DNA from: Octopus sinensis
Taxonomy: Eukaryota
Direction: 5' to 3'
Length of the DNA: 64,000 bases
Assembly: GCF_006345805.1 (NCBI RefSeq)
Contig: NC_043018.1
Span: forward strand, 17,794,001-17,858,000
Part shown: positions 51,900 to 64,000 of the stretch, piece by piece
Position numbering within the stretch: the stretch's first letter is position 1
How the letters are laid out: each line of letters begins with the position of its first letter
The notes under the pieces: generated by a model
The model's input: the letters and a program-made list of their open reading frames with translations, nothing else
The model's database searches: none
Told to the model about the DNA's origin: nothing
Position numbers and translations under genes: made by a program

Positions 51900-52200
51900 G
51901 AGTCAGAGAGATGTAAAAGCGAGAGAATATCGCTGATATTAGTGTTTTCCAGTTTTTCAAGAAGAAGAAGAAATGGAGAGAGTGTTGTTAGAAATAAGAC
52001 TGGAGGCAACTGTATACATTTCCGTCAAGAAAGGCAGGATATAAATGAGACGGAGTAAAGGTGTGGAGATTATTGAGAAATTTGTTTATTTGACTTCAAA
52101 ATGTAAAACATTGGTGGCTGTATTTGGTCGATCACATCAGAGAATGGGCTGAATGGTATTGAGTCTGATAAGTGGTGAGATTTGGAACGTATTTATAAAC
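51900..52200 (+). mobile_element. Ancient RTE-like RT remnant
   Basis: VEIIEKFVYL followed by ggtggctgt (GGC), resembling the LEVVDKF.YLG...GGC thumb-region motif; otherwise badly decayed. Confidence 0.4.
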
Positions 52201-52519
52201 GATGAAATATTTCAAAGTAGATAAAAGAGAATTAAAGGTCAAAGTGCAATTCGTCTCATACTGATGAGGTCAACAGAGACAAAGAATCAAACGATAAGAA
52301 TAGCGAAATGAAAGATAAAACGGTATTTCCTTCTGAAACAGACAGCTACTTACAGACGAAATTAAGAAGAACAAAGAACTATTCACCTTTAATCAATGAG
52401 GATAAGGAATCAAAAGTACCACAAAATCAAAGACAGATGAAATATGGAAACATCTTCAAGAAAATAGGAAATCAAATAGCAAAAATGGTATGTTGGAAAT
52501 TGAAAGAAAATGTGGCGTT

Positions 52520-55050
52520 TGAATAGCTTGAGTGAACATAGAGGAAGAACAAGTTTAAATTTGAAACTCCTGAAAATTTTTGTTCAATTGGAACGGTAAC
52601 ATTAGAACCCCAAATGATACCTTCAAAACCATTTACAAAATCGTTGAAAGGCAGTATATTAGAACTAAAGTAAAGCAAAAAATGTCATTCTTGTTTTCAA
52701 AATGGTTGCCGTTGTAGGAATTGGATCTGATAATGATGCGAGTTATGTCTATTTTCAAAAGTCGGTGGTGAATATTTGATGGTGTTGGGTAACCTTTTCC
52801 ACCCGTAGATCAAATGGGAAGTATGTGTCCTCAAATGGTTTCTATACCCATCGGTTAATGATCAAACAAGGGAGATATGTAGTCCATCAGATCTGCAACA
52901 CTTCAAACGGTTCTCAGCGGATATTTGCGCAAAGATCGATTCAGAACATGATATGAGAATAATTCGAACTAAGCTGAGAGTCGAAAAATAATTTCACGTC
53001 AGAGACATCTTAATCACCGATAAAAATACAGTGAATATTGTTCAACTTGCCATCTTGCTATTCTATTTCACGGGAGATCTAAGATGCAAGGATGAAAGTA
53101 TACATCCATAATGTTTATATCAGAATATTCGAACCTATTGATCTGATAAATACCTTTACATGAAATCCAAAATGGAGTGAAATAGGAAATGATTTTTATC
53201 GTGACCAACAACATCAACATCGGTAGGTTAGCGCCGTAAAGGGATTCCCTTTAAAATGTAAATAAATTGAAGGAGCTATTGTTCAAAGGTTTTTATCTCA
53301 ATGAGATTTTGCTGTTTCATATTCTCTATAAAATGGCAGAAATCTGCCTTATCTCTGCTCACCTTTAGAGTCTGCCTTATCTCTGCTCACCTTTAGAGTT
53401 TGCTGGAACAAAGATTTCGGGAAAGTGAAGTTATTGATATTCGGTCAACTGAAATATTGGAGAAGGACCCCGTTTCTACCCTTTATTAGATTGCGAAAAA
53501 ACATACGACAACACCTTACGTGAACTTTGAAACGTTAACTTTTTTCACGGAAGGTACAAAGGTATTTGCAAAGAGAAGAAATACGTGCATCACCTTCTAG
53601 CTGCGAGAGATGTCGAATGTAGTGGAGGAAGAAACCAGATGAAATAAGAGCGCCGATGGCCACAATTGGGCATAAAAAGTCCACCTTTAAAGGAGACACT
53701 CGGTGAATAGTCTTAAATTCATCAATAGAAAGCCTCAATTTTAAATGTTATTGTTGAATCAAATCCGTTACGTATATGGGGCAATTACGTGAACAAACGA
53801 GAGTTCCAAGCTGTCTTTCCAGTCCTATATTTGGATCCAAACGCAGACGAACACATACATATAACTGAACCAGTGAGCTGTGTCAAGAAAATTCTGAAAT
53901 TTGATGTTCATCTGATTTGATGTTCATCTTGAAAATTATGACCTTATTACAAAGATATGTACGTGATGTCATCTAACGATGTCTTCAGTTCAGACGTATA
54001 TTAATCTTTCAACTACGGCAAACAGAGCCATTTGCCAAACTTTCTTTATTCTATTGTTTTCTGACATTTACTTTCGGCAAGTGAAAACTCTTTCCAAACG
54101 TCAGAACAATTCCACCTTAACAGACAGACGCCTACACTCTCCATCCCTGTAAGTTTGAATGTTTCGGGGGTCTTTTTACCTTCTTTGTTAGTAGCTGCCA
54201 CTATTGCGCCGTCAACTCAAATGTCCCCCCCCCCACTTCAATCTAACGTATATATCAAACTTGATTTTGTAGTTTCAAAGAAAAATGTCTTCTTTGATAA
54301 ATGATAATCACTGGAATAAACCATTATAAGATATCAGTGCATCGCAATTTCCATCCGAACTCTTTTCCAAAGACTTAGTTCCTTATGTAATTCTTGCTAT
54401 CCGATGTGTCTTTAGGAAAAGCATGGATACTTGATGGCAGAATGCATCTTAAATTAGGCGATCATCAACATGCCTAAACCCCTGTCGGACTTGATAATGG
54501 ATGTGTTAACCATGGCACTGTTCAAACTAGAAAATGCGGTTCAGTCAATGTGAAGAAAAATTTAAAATAATTGATGCTTTTAGTGACCTGAACTGCAGCT
54601 TAAAAATTCTATCAACGATTGTGGTTTAAGAAAAATGTCATAAAAACTTTTATATTATTGCCTGTGTAGGTTAAAGAACTTGTGACAAGCTAATATGAGA
54701 TCAAAGAAGTCACTATGAAGATTTTGCTGATTCAACGGAGCAAAGAAAACTATTTTTGTAGATACATCTGGAGGAACTGGCAGAGCATTTCTTATCAACT
54801 CGATAAAAGCCAATACCAAACAAATCAACAAGAAACGGTACTCGTTGCAGCCTTTCTTCTCTGATAAATCTGCAACAACTTTCACAGGAGAAAGAGCAAT
54901 TCATTTGGTATCTATGTTTCCGCCCAGATGCATTCGTTTGTGGCATTCAGAGTTCTTTGCTGCAACAAAACCTGTAGCATGGATGTTGCTGTCAAATATT
55001 CTCGACTCTATGTAATGACTCAGAAGTGACCCGTAATATTTGGCCCTTCA
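52520..55050 (+). pseudogene. Heavily decayed Helitron Rep/PIF1-helicase coding region
   Basis: Colinear relics: KFKFETPENFCSIGTVTLEP (~52550, cf. K...ET.G.CC..GKV.L), KSVTY (~53761, cf. KSIKY), VHLEN (~53921), IFVDTSGGTGRAFLIN (~54752, cf. Walker A FLDAPGGTGKTFLIN). Confidence 0.72.
53343..53398. repeat. Perfect 28-bp tandem duplication
   Basis: tctgccttatctctgctcacctttagag x2. Confidence 0.95.
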
Positions 55051-55149
55051 CGCCTGGTTCGGACAGATTGAAACATAAGAATACCATTTCACGTATCGAT
55101 GCTTCTACCTCTCCCACGTAAACCAATAACACTCACCAGTAAACCTTTT

Positions 55150-55457
55150 GTGGGGGCACATGGCCTAGTGGTTAGAGAAGCGGACTCGCGGTCGAGGGAT
55201 CGCGGGTTCGAATCTCAGACCGGCGAGGTGTGTGTTTATGAGTGAAACACCTAAGCCCCACGCGGCTCCGGCAGAAGGTAATGGCGAAGCTTCTGCTGAC
55301 TCTTTCGCCACAACTTTCTCTCACTCTTTCCTTCTGCATCTTGCAGCTCACCTGCGACGGACCGGCGTCTGGTCCACGTGGGCAACCTATATGCCAAGAA
55401 ACCGAGAAACCGGCCCTTATGAGCCAGGCATGGCTCGAGAAGGAACAACCAAAACAA
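55150..55457 (+). mobile_element. tRNA-derived SINE (body Y, tail T2), full length
   Basis: Head gtgggggcacatggcctagtggttagag, gggttcgaatctc B-box; TSD accagtaaa(c/a)cttt at 55135-55148 and 55458-55471. Confidence 0.9.
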
Positions 55458-55806
55458 ACCAGTAAAACTTTCATTTGCGTCGAAAAAAACCATATCGAAG
55501 AATCTTAAGAATCCGCGTATTTCTTTATTCTCGGTTGCGAATAGTTCAATTTGGCTCTTCATAGTAAAAAAAAAACACTGAAATAGTTGTAAATCACCAG
55601 ACATTCCAATAGACAATGGAAAATTACTGAACAGAAACTAATTCATTTAGATAAATTGGGGAAATTAATGCCATATTTTGGAAAAATGCATCATTTCCCA
55701 GAGAATAACAACAACATGGAGTCACATAATATTTTCAGTTTTATATTTGTTTATTGAATTTATGCAATTTAATAAGCATCAACTCGTACCATTTTCTGAA
55801 CAGCTT

Positions 55807-55906
55807 NNNNNNNNNNNNNNNNNNNNNNNNNNNNNNNNNNNNNNNNNNNNNNNNNNNNNNNNNNNNNNNNNNNNNNNNNNNNNNNNNNNNNNNNNNNNNN
55901 NNNNNN
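55807..55906. other. Assembly gap (100 N)
   Basis: Run of 100 N. Confidence 1.
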
Positions 55907-56924
55907 AAAATATTGAAATGCGTTTTAATAATGTTGATGTTTACACAGAACTAACATGGCGCTGTACAGGAAAGAGGAACAACGATTTAACTATAAAAAG
56001 AGATAAAAAATAAAGGCCAAAGAATCATTTCCGGAAACGCAAATGCGTCGACAATTCCTGGCACCATTAGGCGTTTCTGTTAGATTCGAATCCAACATTT
56101 TGTCTGTAGTTTTATTTTATTCGTTTGGTTAGATGAAGCGTCTGTGTATTTTTGTGTGTATCATTGGGTTGTTTTCTTTGTTTTATTTGTTTTTTTTTTT
56201 CACATATCACACCAGTTAAGTGGCTAATTAACTAACGAATTTTCTGCTTGAATAAATTGCCCAGTGATACTAATTTTCTCTCAGTCGAAACGAAAAAAAA
56301 AAAAAAATACGTGCGAAAATATAGCTTAATGATTTGTGAATAAAATGCAGAACAAATTAAAGTAGATGATTCGTAATTAAGACGCTAATGATTAACCCCC
56401 TGTAACCCAGCGCTAAATTATTTTTAGGAGCTGGATTAAAATGAGAATTTTTCCCAGACATAAGTTCATATGTCACTGTATTAAGAAGTCAATTTCAATT
56501 ATATATCCAGTTCCGTTGCACACGATAAATTGCAGTAGTACTTATGGCAGGATCACATTTTCCAAATAACTTGACATTAATATTTATAAATAGAAATTAT
56601 GTGGAAATCTTGCTGATTGCTTTTGTGTCTGGTAGCTCTTATTTCATGTCCTCCTATTTCGTATTAATCGTTGCTTATGTTTCGTCACCTCCTGTACCCA
56701 CATATGCATATGTATATACATAGACATGTAAGTATGTACGTATACGTATGTATATATGCATATGTATATATATTATTGATACCTTAGGTTCAAAAGTTTT
56801 CAATTCTTTTGACAGGTTTTCTCTTTGTCACTCAATTATTGTTATTTTACACTTTCCACAATATTTCAAGCGTCGAGCCTATAGTACAAAAGATCATTAT
56901 TATTTTTGTTGGTGTTATTTAAAG

Positions 56925-57072
56925 GGCGGCGAGCTGGCAGAATCGTTAGCACGCGGGACGAAACACTTCGCGGTATTTCGTCTGCCGTTACGTTCTGAGT
57001 TCAAATTCCGCCGAGGTCGACTTTATCTTTCATCCTTTCGGGGTCGATTAAATAAGTACCAGTTACGCACTG
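56925..57072 (+). mobile_element. SINE family A, 3'-truncated at (TA)n
   Basis: ggcggcgagctggcagaatcgttagc...gtaccagttacgcactgg. Confidence 0.88.
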
Positions 57073-57365
57073 GTATATATATATATATATATATTATATT
57101 ATATATATATGTGTGTGTGTATATATACATACATATACAAGATATATATATATAATATATATATATATACATGGACACATGTATGTGTGCGTGTTTATGT
57201 GTCTGTGTGTGTATGCAGTGTCCTGTAGCAGCCAGTTAATACAAAGGAGATAATCGTTCCTTTAAAATATCAGAGAACGGGTCGACGCTTGAATATGAAA
57301 TTTTAAAAAAAAGCGAAAAATATGAAGAGACTACAAGTATTCATATATTCATGTTCATCGCTTAC

Positions 57366-57429
57366 TTATTATAAAGATATAATATATTATTATAAAGATA
57401 TAATATATTATTATAAAGATATAATATAT
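57366..57429. repeat. 21-bp minisatellite x3
   Basis: ttattataaagatataatata repeated three times. Confidence 0.9.
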
Positions 57430-57575
57430 AAGATGACCACGCCATTTCATTCTATTTAGAAATCGTGCATGAAATAACCTTGTATTTCTTAATTAAATAT
57501 CTTATCAACGAGATATCTCTTATAGTTGGAAAATATATAATAGTCTGCATGAAATACATAGAATATTGTTTTCTT

Positions 57576-57634
<59 letters not shown>

Positions 57635-59382
57635 TCTCTCTCTCTCTCTCTCTATCTCTTGGGGTACTATGTCAGTGTAAGCCTAGAACCAGGATATTCT
57701 AACTGAAATTTTGCCATATATTATTTAGTTTTACCTGAATTAACTCCCTTTACAGCAATGATCCATTGCCCATTAATGAGGACAATACCAGAAATGAGTT
57801 TATAGATTGACAATATCCTCCAAGGTATCGGCCTCATCAAAAATGTCATAAATAAATGTCACCATCAAATGATTGATTGAAATGTATGCAGTGTTTAGAA
57901 GAGATGTCATCCCGTCGGTATTCATACCATCCCAATATATATTTTAGTAAGTAAGGCTATTTTTGTCTCAGGTTTACATTAAAAAAGTATTCCGTGATTG
58001 CGGGAGGCAGTGGGTTAGTCAATCTTCCGATTGTACCAAGTAGACTAGCTTTTCCCGAAAATGCTTATATATTCTGTCGGCTGCACCTCTTGAAAGAATT
58101 GTCACGTGGTGTAATTTGATTTGACAGAGCCAAAATGGATACAGAAAGGAATCTCCCTCCCTACTAATTCAAAGCCAGGACTTGAAACATTTTTATCTTC
58201 GGCGAAGGAATGAGAGGCAGGATATGAACTCAGAACGTAGAGAGTATTGACGTGTTGCATCCAGCACTCTGAAATCCCTGCCAACACTTTGTCTAATGTA
58301 CAACTGTTTAAAATCTATTTCAATAATTGCGAAATTTATACACATATGGCATTTATGTACAACGAGATCGACTAAGGTATTCACTAGTGCATCGATCAAC
58401 ACGAAGCACTTGAGTGTCGGAGACAGGATAAGAACCTTGATATTTTTGGTCAGGGAAGTGTGACAGGTAATAACTTCTCAGATTAAATTTCTTTGGGAAA
58501 TATAATCTAAAGAGTAAATGACGTCATACTGGGATTAGAATTGCAATCTCTTAATTTGTTTCTTTTTAACATTTAGGAAAAGTTACAGAATGATTTCTCT
58601 CGTAACCACAAAAGAGCCAGACATAACACAAAACATATAGAAAGCATAATCGGAATGTAAAGAGACTCCGATAGAAATAATGATCATTTAAAAAATAAAA
58701 TGGAATAATAAAAACAAAATAAAAGAATGACGTACGATACCTTTCCGATAGCGGAAATATTTGACACAGATTTTTTGTTATTTTAGTTGAATATGTTCAT
58801 TGCTTCGCCTCAGTAAACGATTCGTTGGCAAGCTGATGACATTTTCCTTGTCACTAATAGATTTACAAGAGCGTTAAAATGTTTCAGACTACATAAACGA
58901 AAGCTTTTGGTAGTATTTTGCTCATTCATAACAGTCATTATATTTGAAAATGAAAGTAAGTGCACTTGGGAATGACTGCGAAAGACTAAAAAAAAAAAAG
59001 TTGTTAAAATGAAGATACAATACTGTAAGAAGGAGAAGGTAATAGGATATTGTGGCAGATTAACTTGTAGCTACGTCACTATTAATAAACCAAAATGAAG
59101 CAAAGGCATTAAGTTTGCAAAAATGTTTCTGCTAGATATTTTACCAATCAAATGTTGGTGAAAATAATTCGTTGAAAATCTTTTTTCCTGTTCGTCATTG
59201 AAGTGATCATAAAAAGAACTTTTCTGATCTAAGGCAATAATAAACAGTATTAATTAGGAAGAATATACCAGAACGCTGAACAGAGAAGCTTTTTTCCCAT
59301 CATAGAATTTGCACTGAAAGTAGAAATAATTAACCAAATCATCTCCTTATATTTAATATTTTCTAAACGTTAATTGTTGGTT

Positions 59383-59452
<70 letters not shown>

Positions 59453-60074
59453 GTAGAGCTGTGTTTTTTTAATTGATTCAAACTTGTAAGTGCACATTAT
59501 TAATGAAATTGCTTTTGAACGAGACAAACCAATTTCATTTATTCTATATTTTGTTTCCTGTGAACGAAGCCAGATCTGCAAGTAATACCATGTTTTTAAC
59601 TGATACATTAGTTTGCTCATTTACATGAATCCGTTGAAGCGAGCTAAAGAGAGAAGAACGTCAACGCAGCCGAAACAGCGATCAGAAATAGCAACCAAGC
59701 TTTGCTCAAATCCTACACTACTAACTTATAAAATGAATAAAATCATTTAAATATGCATTTCATAGACACCCTTACAAAACGTCGATTGGACACATCTTGA
59801 ATGCGTTTATATAAAATCGAGCAAATTTATCTGTTGACTAAACTACGACGAAGACATCAACACGAACACAACAGCAACAACCACAATTTGGTGGCAGGAA
59901 CTTTTATAATACCTGTTTATTGCTGTTACGTCAGTGGAAGGGAAATGGGTTTTGAACGGTTCCATCGCATCCTCAGTTTTGGTATACGAGCTAGTCACAA
60001 TCCATTTGCAGTTTCAAATCTCTGAAACCTCCGTCAGCAGAAGCACGAATATGCTCATGCTTATATATATATAC

Positions 60075-60165
<91 letters not shown>

Positions 60166-60191
60166 TAATATATATACATACATATATATAT

Positions 60192-60314
60192 ATCACCGTG
60201 ATCACCGTGACTGACCAGTCTATCAGATGTTGCTACACATCGCTGGTCACAATGCGCTTCGCATTGTTTTTGCCTTCAAATGACGCCACCCCGCTGGCTA
60301 AGCGAGCAGGCCAA
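60192..60314. mobile_element. Short GC-richer insertion within (TA)n, probably a retroposon end
   Basis: ~120 bp of complex sequence bounded by TA arrays, terminal repeat tcaccgtga x2; family not identified. Confidence 0.5.
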
Positions 60315-60520
60315 TATATATATATATATATACTATATATATATATATTATTATATATATATAATATATATAATATAATATATATATATATATATATGTA
60401 TGTTGTATATATATATATATATATTAAATACTATAATATATATTCATATATAATATATGTATATATATATTAATATACTTACATACATACATACATACAT
60501 ACATAACATATATATATTAA

Positions 60521-60677
60521 ATACATATAATGGGGAGGACCATTAGGTGGATTCTTATATGCTAGATGTAGAACCCATATGGTCTGACCAGTAAGAATTT
60601 TTTTTTAGTGGTCAGACCATATGGGTTCTACATCTAGCATATAGGAATCCACCTACTGGTCATTCCTCTTATGTGTA
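60521..60677. repeat. Long near-perfect hairpin
   Basis: gaccattaggtggattcttatatgctagatgtagaacccatatggtctgacca / tggtcagaccatatgggttctacatctagcatataggaatccacctactggtc. Confidence 0.9.
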
Positions 60678-60714
60678 TGTAATATATTTTACAGAATCTT
60701 CGGATTTTTTCAAT

Positions 60715-61150
60715 AGGCTATAAACCAGAATCACGAAGACTATCAGCGGAATGGTATCATCCGATGACTCCAAGAGCAAAAGAATTCGAGATAGAAAAGA
60801 GTCAGATGGAAACAACATGGTGACTGGACTGTCATTTAGGATGGTCAAGGTTTTGTTCTGGTTGATTTCATGCCAAAAGGAGAAACAGTCCACTCTGGAA
60901 CCTACATTGTAACCCTTAAAAGACTTTAAGAAAACATATGTAGTTGAACAAAATTATTCTTCGTCACGACACACCAGGCCTGACTCAAGCCAAAGAAAAG
61001 GGAGTCAATCACCTCCTCGAGAGTCAACTTCATGGCATCTTCCCTACGCACTTGGAAATGAGAGGAACTGAGAGGCGAATATTTTGGTGATGATGAAGAA
61101 GTGATAAATAATGAAATAGGCTACGTCAGAATTTCGCTGAATTTTATGAA
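60715..61150 (+). pseudogene. mariner transposase remnant
   Basis: YKPESRRLSAEWYHPMTPRAK, GFVLVDFMPKGETVHSGTYIVTLKRL, IILRHD..RP match the mariner catalytic region (Y.PESK.QS.EW; G..LVDF...G.TV; LHHDNARPH). Confidence 0.82.
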
Positions 61151-62962
61151 GCTGGGATAAACGCCCCCACTCGTTGTGGGTCAATTGCCAATTGAAAGAG
61201 GTAGTGCTTCTGTTGAGAAGTAGGGCTGTGAATCGCTGATGTACGATATGAATGCGTTCCATATTTATTTTTTTATATAATTTCATTACATTTCGAATCA
61301 TCTCCTATGTACATACATTCATTCATACATGCGTACATGCGTATAATCGCGTACACAAATAATATATACTTAAAACACACACACGTGTGTATAGATATAT
61401 AGATATATTTGGGTGTGTGTATGCATATATATAAATATATATATATTACATATATATATATACATGAATATATATGCATGTGTATCTATATGTAATTTAT
61501 ATATATTCATATATGTCTGTGAGTGTGTTTCTGAAAATGTATATATGAACACACAGGTACAAATACGAAATTCTTTTCACAAATGCACAGAATAACATTT
61601 CGACAAACATTAACATCGAAATCTCTGGAGCGTAACTAAGGATAACCAAGCCATAACAAAATCGAAAACAATTGCAGGGAAACAATATAAACTACAAGAA
61701 AATAAAGAACATTCCCAGGAAATTCTGGATAAACAGGAAATAAACAAGTGAACGGAAGCAGGGAAAAACAGGATACGAAGAAGAGAGGAAACACTGAACC
61801 GAAACTAGGTACACAGGAATATTGAAAGATTTATTCATCAACTACATTAACTCTGAATGACATAAAACAAAATAGAACAAACGATTTCCAAATGAAACGA
61901 CGACAAATATAGGTAACACCCTGAACACGTATGAACCACATTGACAAATAACAAATTTATATGTTAACCACCACAAATACGTCACAAGCATAATAAAAAT
62001 TGAAAAATATTATTTCAAAAATATCATTATTAAGATCACACTCTGACAATCACAGGCATAGAAAAAGGTATCTAACGTAGTTTTCAGACGGTTCGAACGA
62101 GACACAAGTGGGAGAAATTCAATTTAAATCCATAATCTACTTTGCAACTTGTATTGCTATTCTCTTCGAATTTCGTAGATTAAACAGAACTTTTGGACAC
62201 ACATTCACATACATCGATTTTCTTTTTATCTCTAGAAACAGTCATCTTTATTTCTAGTGTAGGCCTATTCTACTGTGAATTCACTAAATTGGCAGGACAT
62301 GCCTTGACGAATTAGTATTGTTGCAAAAATTAAATATCTTTATGTTTCATATGATTCCCACTCAACATCAAATTGGTATCGAATATTGCCACGGGCAATT
62401 TAAGAACATTAAACAATAAGAAGCCATTTCCCTTTATCTGCCTCTGAATATTTCAAAAGTGCTGAAAGACGGAAGTAATAATGATGATAATAAATATTGC
62501 ACAGTTTCAATAGTTCCGTTTATCTAGTGTCGATTCTTCACGGTTGCCATGTTAACTTCGAAAGTCACTTTGAATGAAAATAGTTTTTAACGCGATTCAT
62601 TGGAGTTAAACCCTGACACAGGTTGTAAAAAGCATGAACATCTGATGTTTCGTTTGTGACCGACTAAATATCATTAATGAGAAAGGGCACACGAGGTGAA
62701 AGATATCACATGACGTTCGTTAAAATATATATACAAATTTGACAAAGAAAGTTTACCATATTTCAGATGTTTTAGGCATATTTTGATGCTGAAATTCTCC
62801 GACTTTTTGAGAGTACCGGATGACCGAAAGCGTAAATATACTCCGGGAGAATACGTTGTGTATATATAAATATATAAATATAAAAGAATTCTTGATATGA
62901 AAATGCATTTGGAGACAAACAACAAATTTTATATGTGTTCATGCGTGTGCACTGTGAGTGTA

Positions 62963-63191
62963 TATTTCTTTATTGCCCACAAGGGGCTAAACATAGAGGG
63001 GACAAACAAAGACAGACAAACGGATTAAGTCAACTACATCGACCCCAGTGCGCAACTGGTACTTTATTTATCGACCCCGAAAGGATGAAAGGCAAAGTCG
63101 ACCTCGGCGGTGTTTGAACCCAGAACGTAACGACAGATGAAATACTGCTGAGCATTTCGCCCGGCGTGCTAACGTTTCTGCCAGCTCGCCG
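62963..63191 (-). mobile_element. SINE family A, full length
   Basis: Colinear with 1505-1736; tail gtttgtcccctctatgtttagccccttgtgggcaataaagaaata. Confidence 0.92.
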
Positions 63192-63433
63192 ACAACAAGG
63201 ATATTCAAGGTAGTGTAGTACAATCGTTTCCTGCTACTTCATTTTATTAAACAATGTGAGCATTACATCAGTTTTAAAATGTAAAGCAATCTTCATCCAC
63301 GTATACAATGTTTTTAATTAAATGGACAGTGTACATTTTTATACTTATTTATCCTTATATATGTATATATATACTTTTTTATATATATATATATATAGGA
63401 TATATATATTATATATATAATATAGATATATAG

Positions 63434-63468
<35 letters not shown>

Positions 63469-63502
63469 ATATATATGTAAATATATATATATATATTATA
63501 TA

Positions 63503-63568
<66 letters not shown>

Positions 63569-64000
63569 TGTATGTATGCTTTTGAAAAAATGATTAGAAA
63601 TGGGTTTTCTGATATTCTGATGTTTTTTAAATTTAGAAGAGAGAAAACATCTAATTATTAAAGTAGAAACATAATCAGAAAAATCATTTCTATTCATTTT
63701 TTAAAGACATGCATGTATACACACACCACACACACACACACACACGTACGCACACACACATTTTGATATTACGAAACCAATAACCCGATGCAGTGATCAA
63801 TATATGCGTGTTTCACGTATATTGCCTGAATTGAGGCCGGTAACATGAAAGAGAAAAAGCAAAGAAGTAAATGATTATGCCATGAACTACATTAGCTCTT
63901 ACAGTTGTTTCTGCTATGAGATGTAGTGCGATCATAGTTGAGTGCCTTAATCACACTTTATACCTTCATCGGAGCCTCGAATACGAAGTGCAATTTATCT

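Noticed and set aside
1505-63191. tRNA genes at A/B-box-bearing heads
   Set aside because: Heads continue into SINE bodies with TSDs; no complete cloverleaf
2027-63697. Dozens of ORFs rich in YI, HT, CV, poly-I/Y/L/H
   Set aside because: Translations of di-, tri- and tetranucleotide microsatellites; no coding evidence

Overview
AT-rich, microsatellite-dense eukaryotic DNA, most likely a cephalopod (Octopus-like; inferred from the SINE families and repeat style, not from a database match). No host protein-coding gene, rRNA or intact tRNA gene can be supported; nearly all ORFs in the track are translations of simple repeats. The window is intergenic or deep-intronic and full of mobile-element debris: about 20 tRNA-derived SINE copies in several modular families (some with clean TSDs), Penelope-like elements (two GIY-YIG endonuclease remnants, a 4.2-kb insertion with ~0.9-kb inverted arms, and several mini fold-back insertions in (TA)n), two non-autonomous Helitrons and a decayed Helitron Rep/helicase, two R4/Dong-type RLE LINE ends in (TAA)n, RTE and Tx1/L1-like LINE ends, two TTAA MITEs, a mariner remnant and a 100-N gap. 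The most interesting signal is a set of Penelope-associated hammerhead-ribozyme motifs with non-standard architecture: one with a G3-C8 swapped core, one with an ~84-nt helix II in two inverted copies, one with a CUGUUGA core, and one decayed. Secondary signals are combinatorial body/tail shuffling among SINEs and a 3' tail shared between a SINE family and local Tx1-like LINE ends. All alignments and folds were done by eye.
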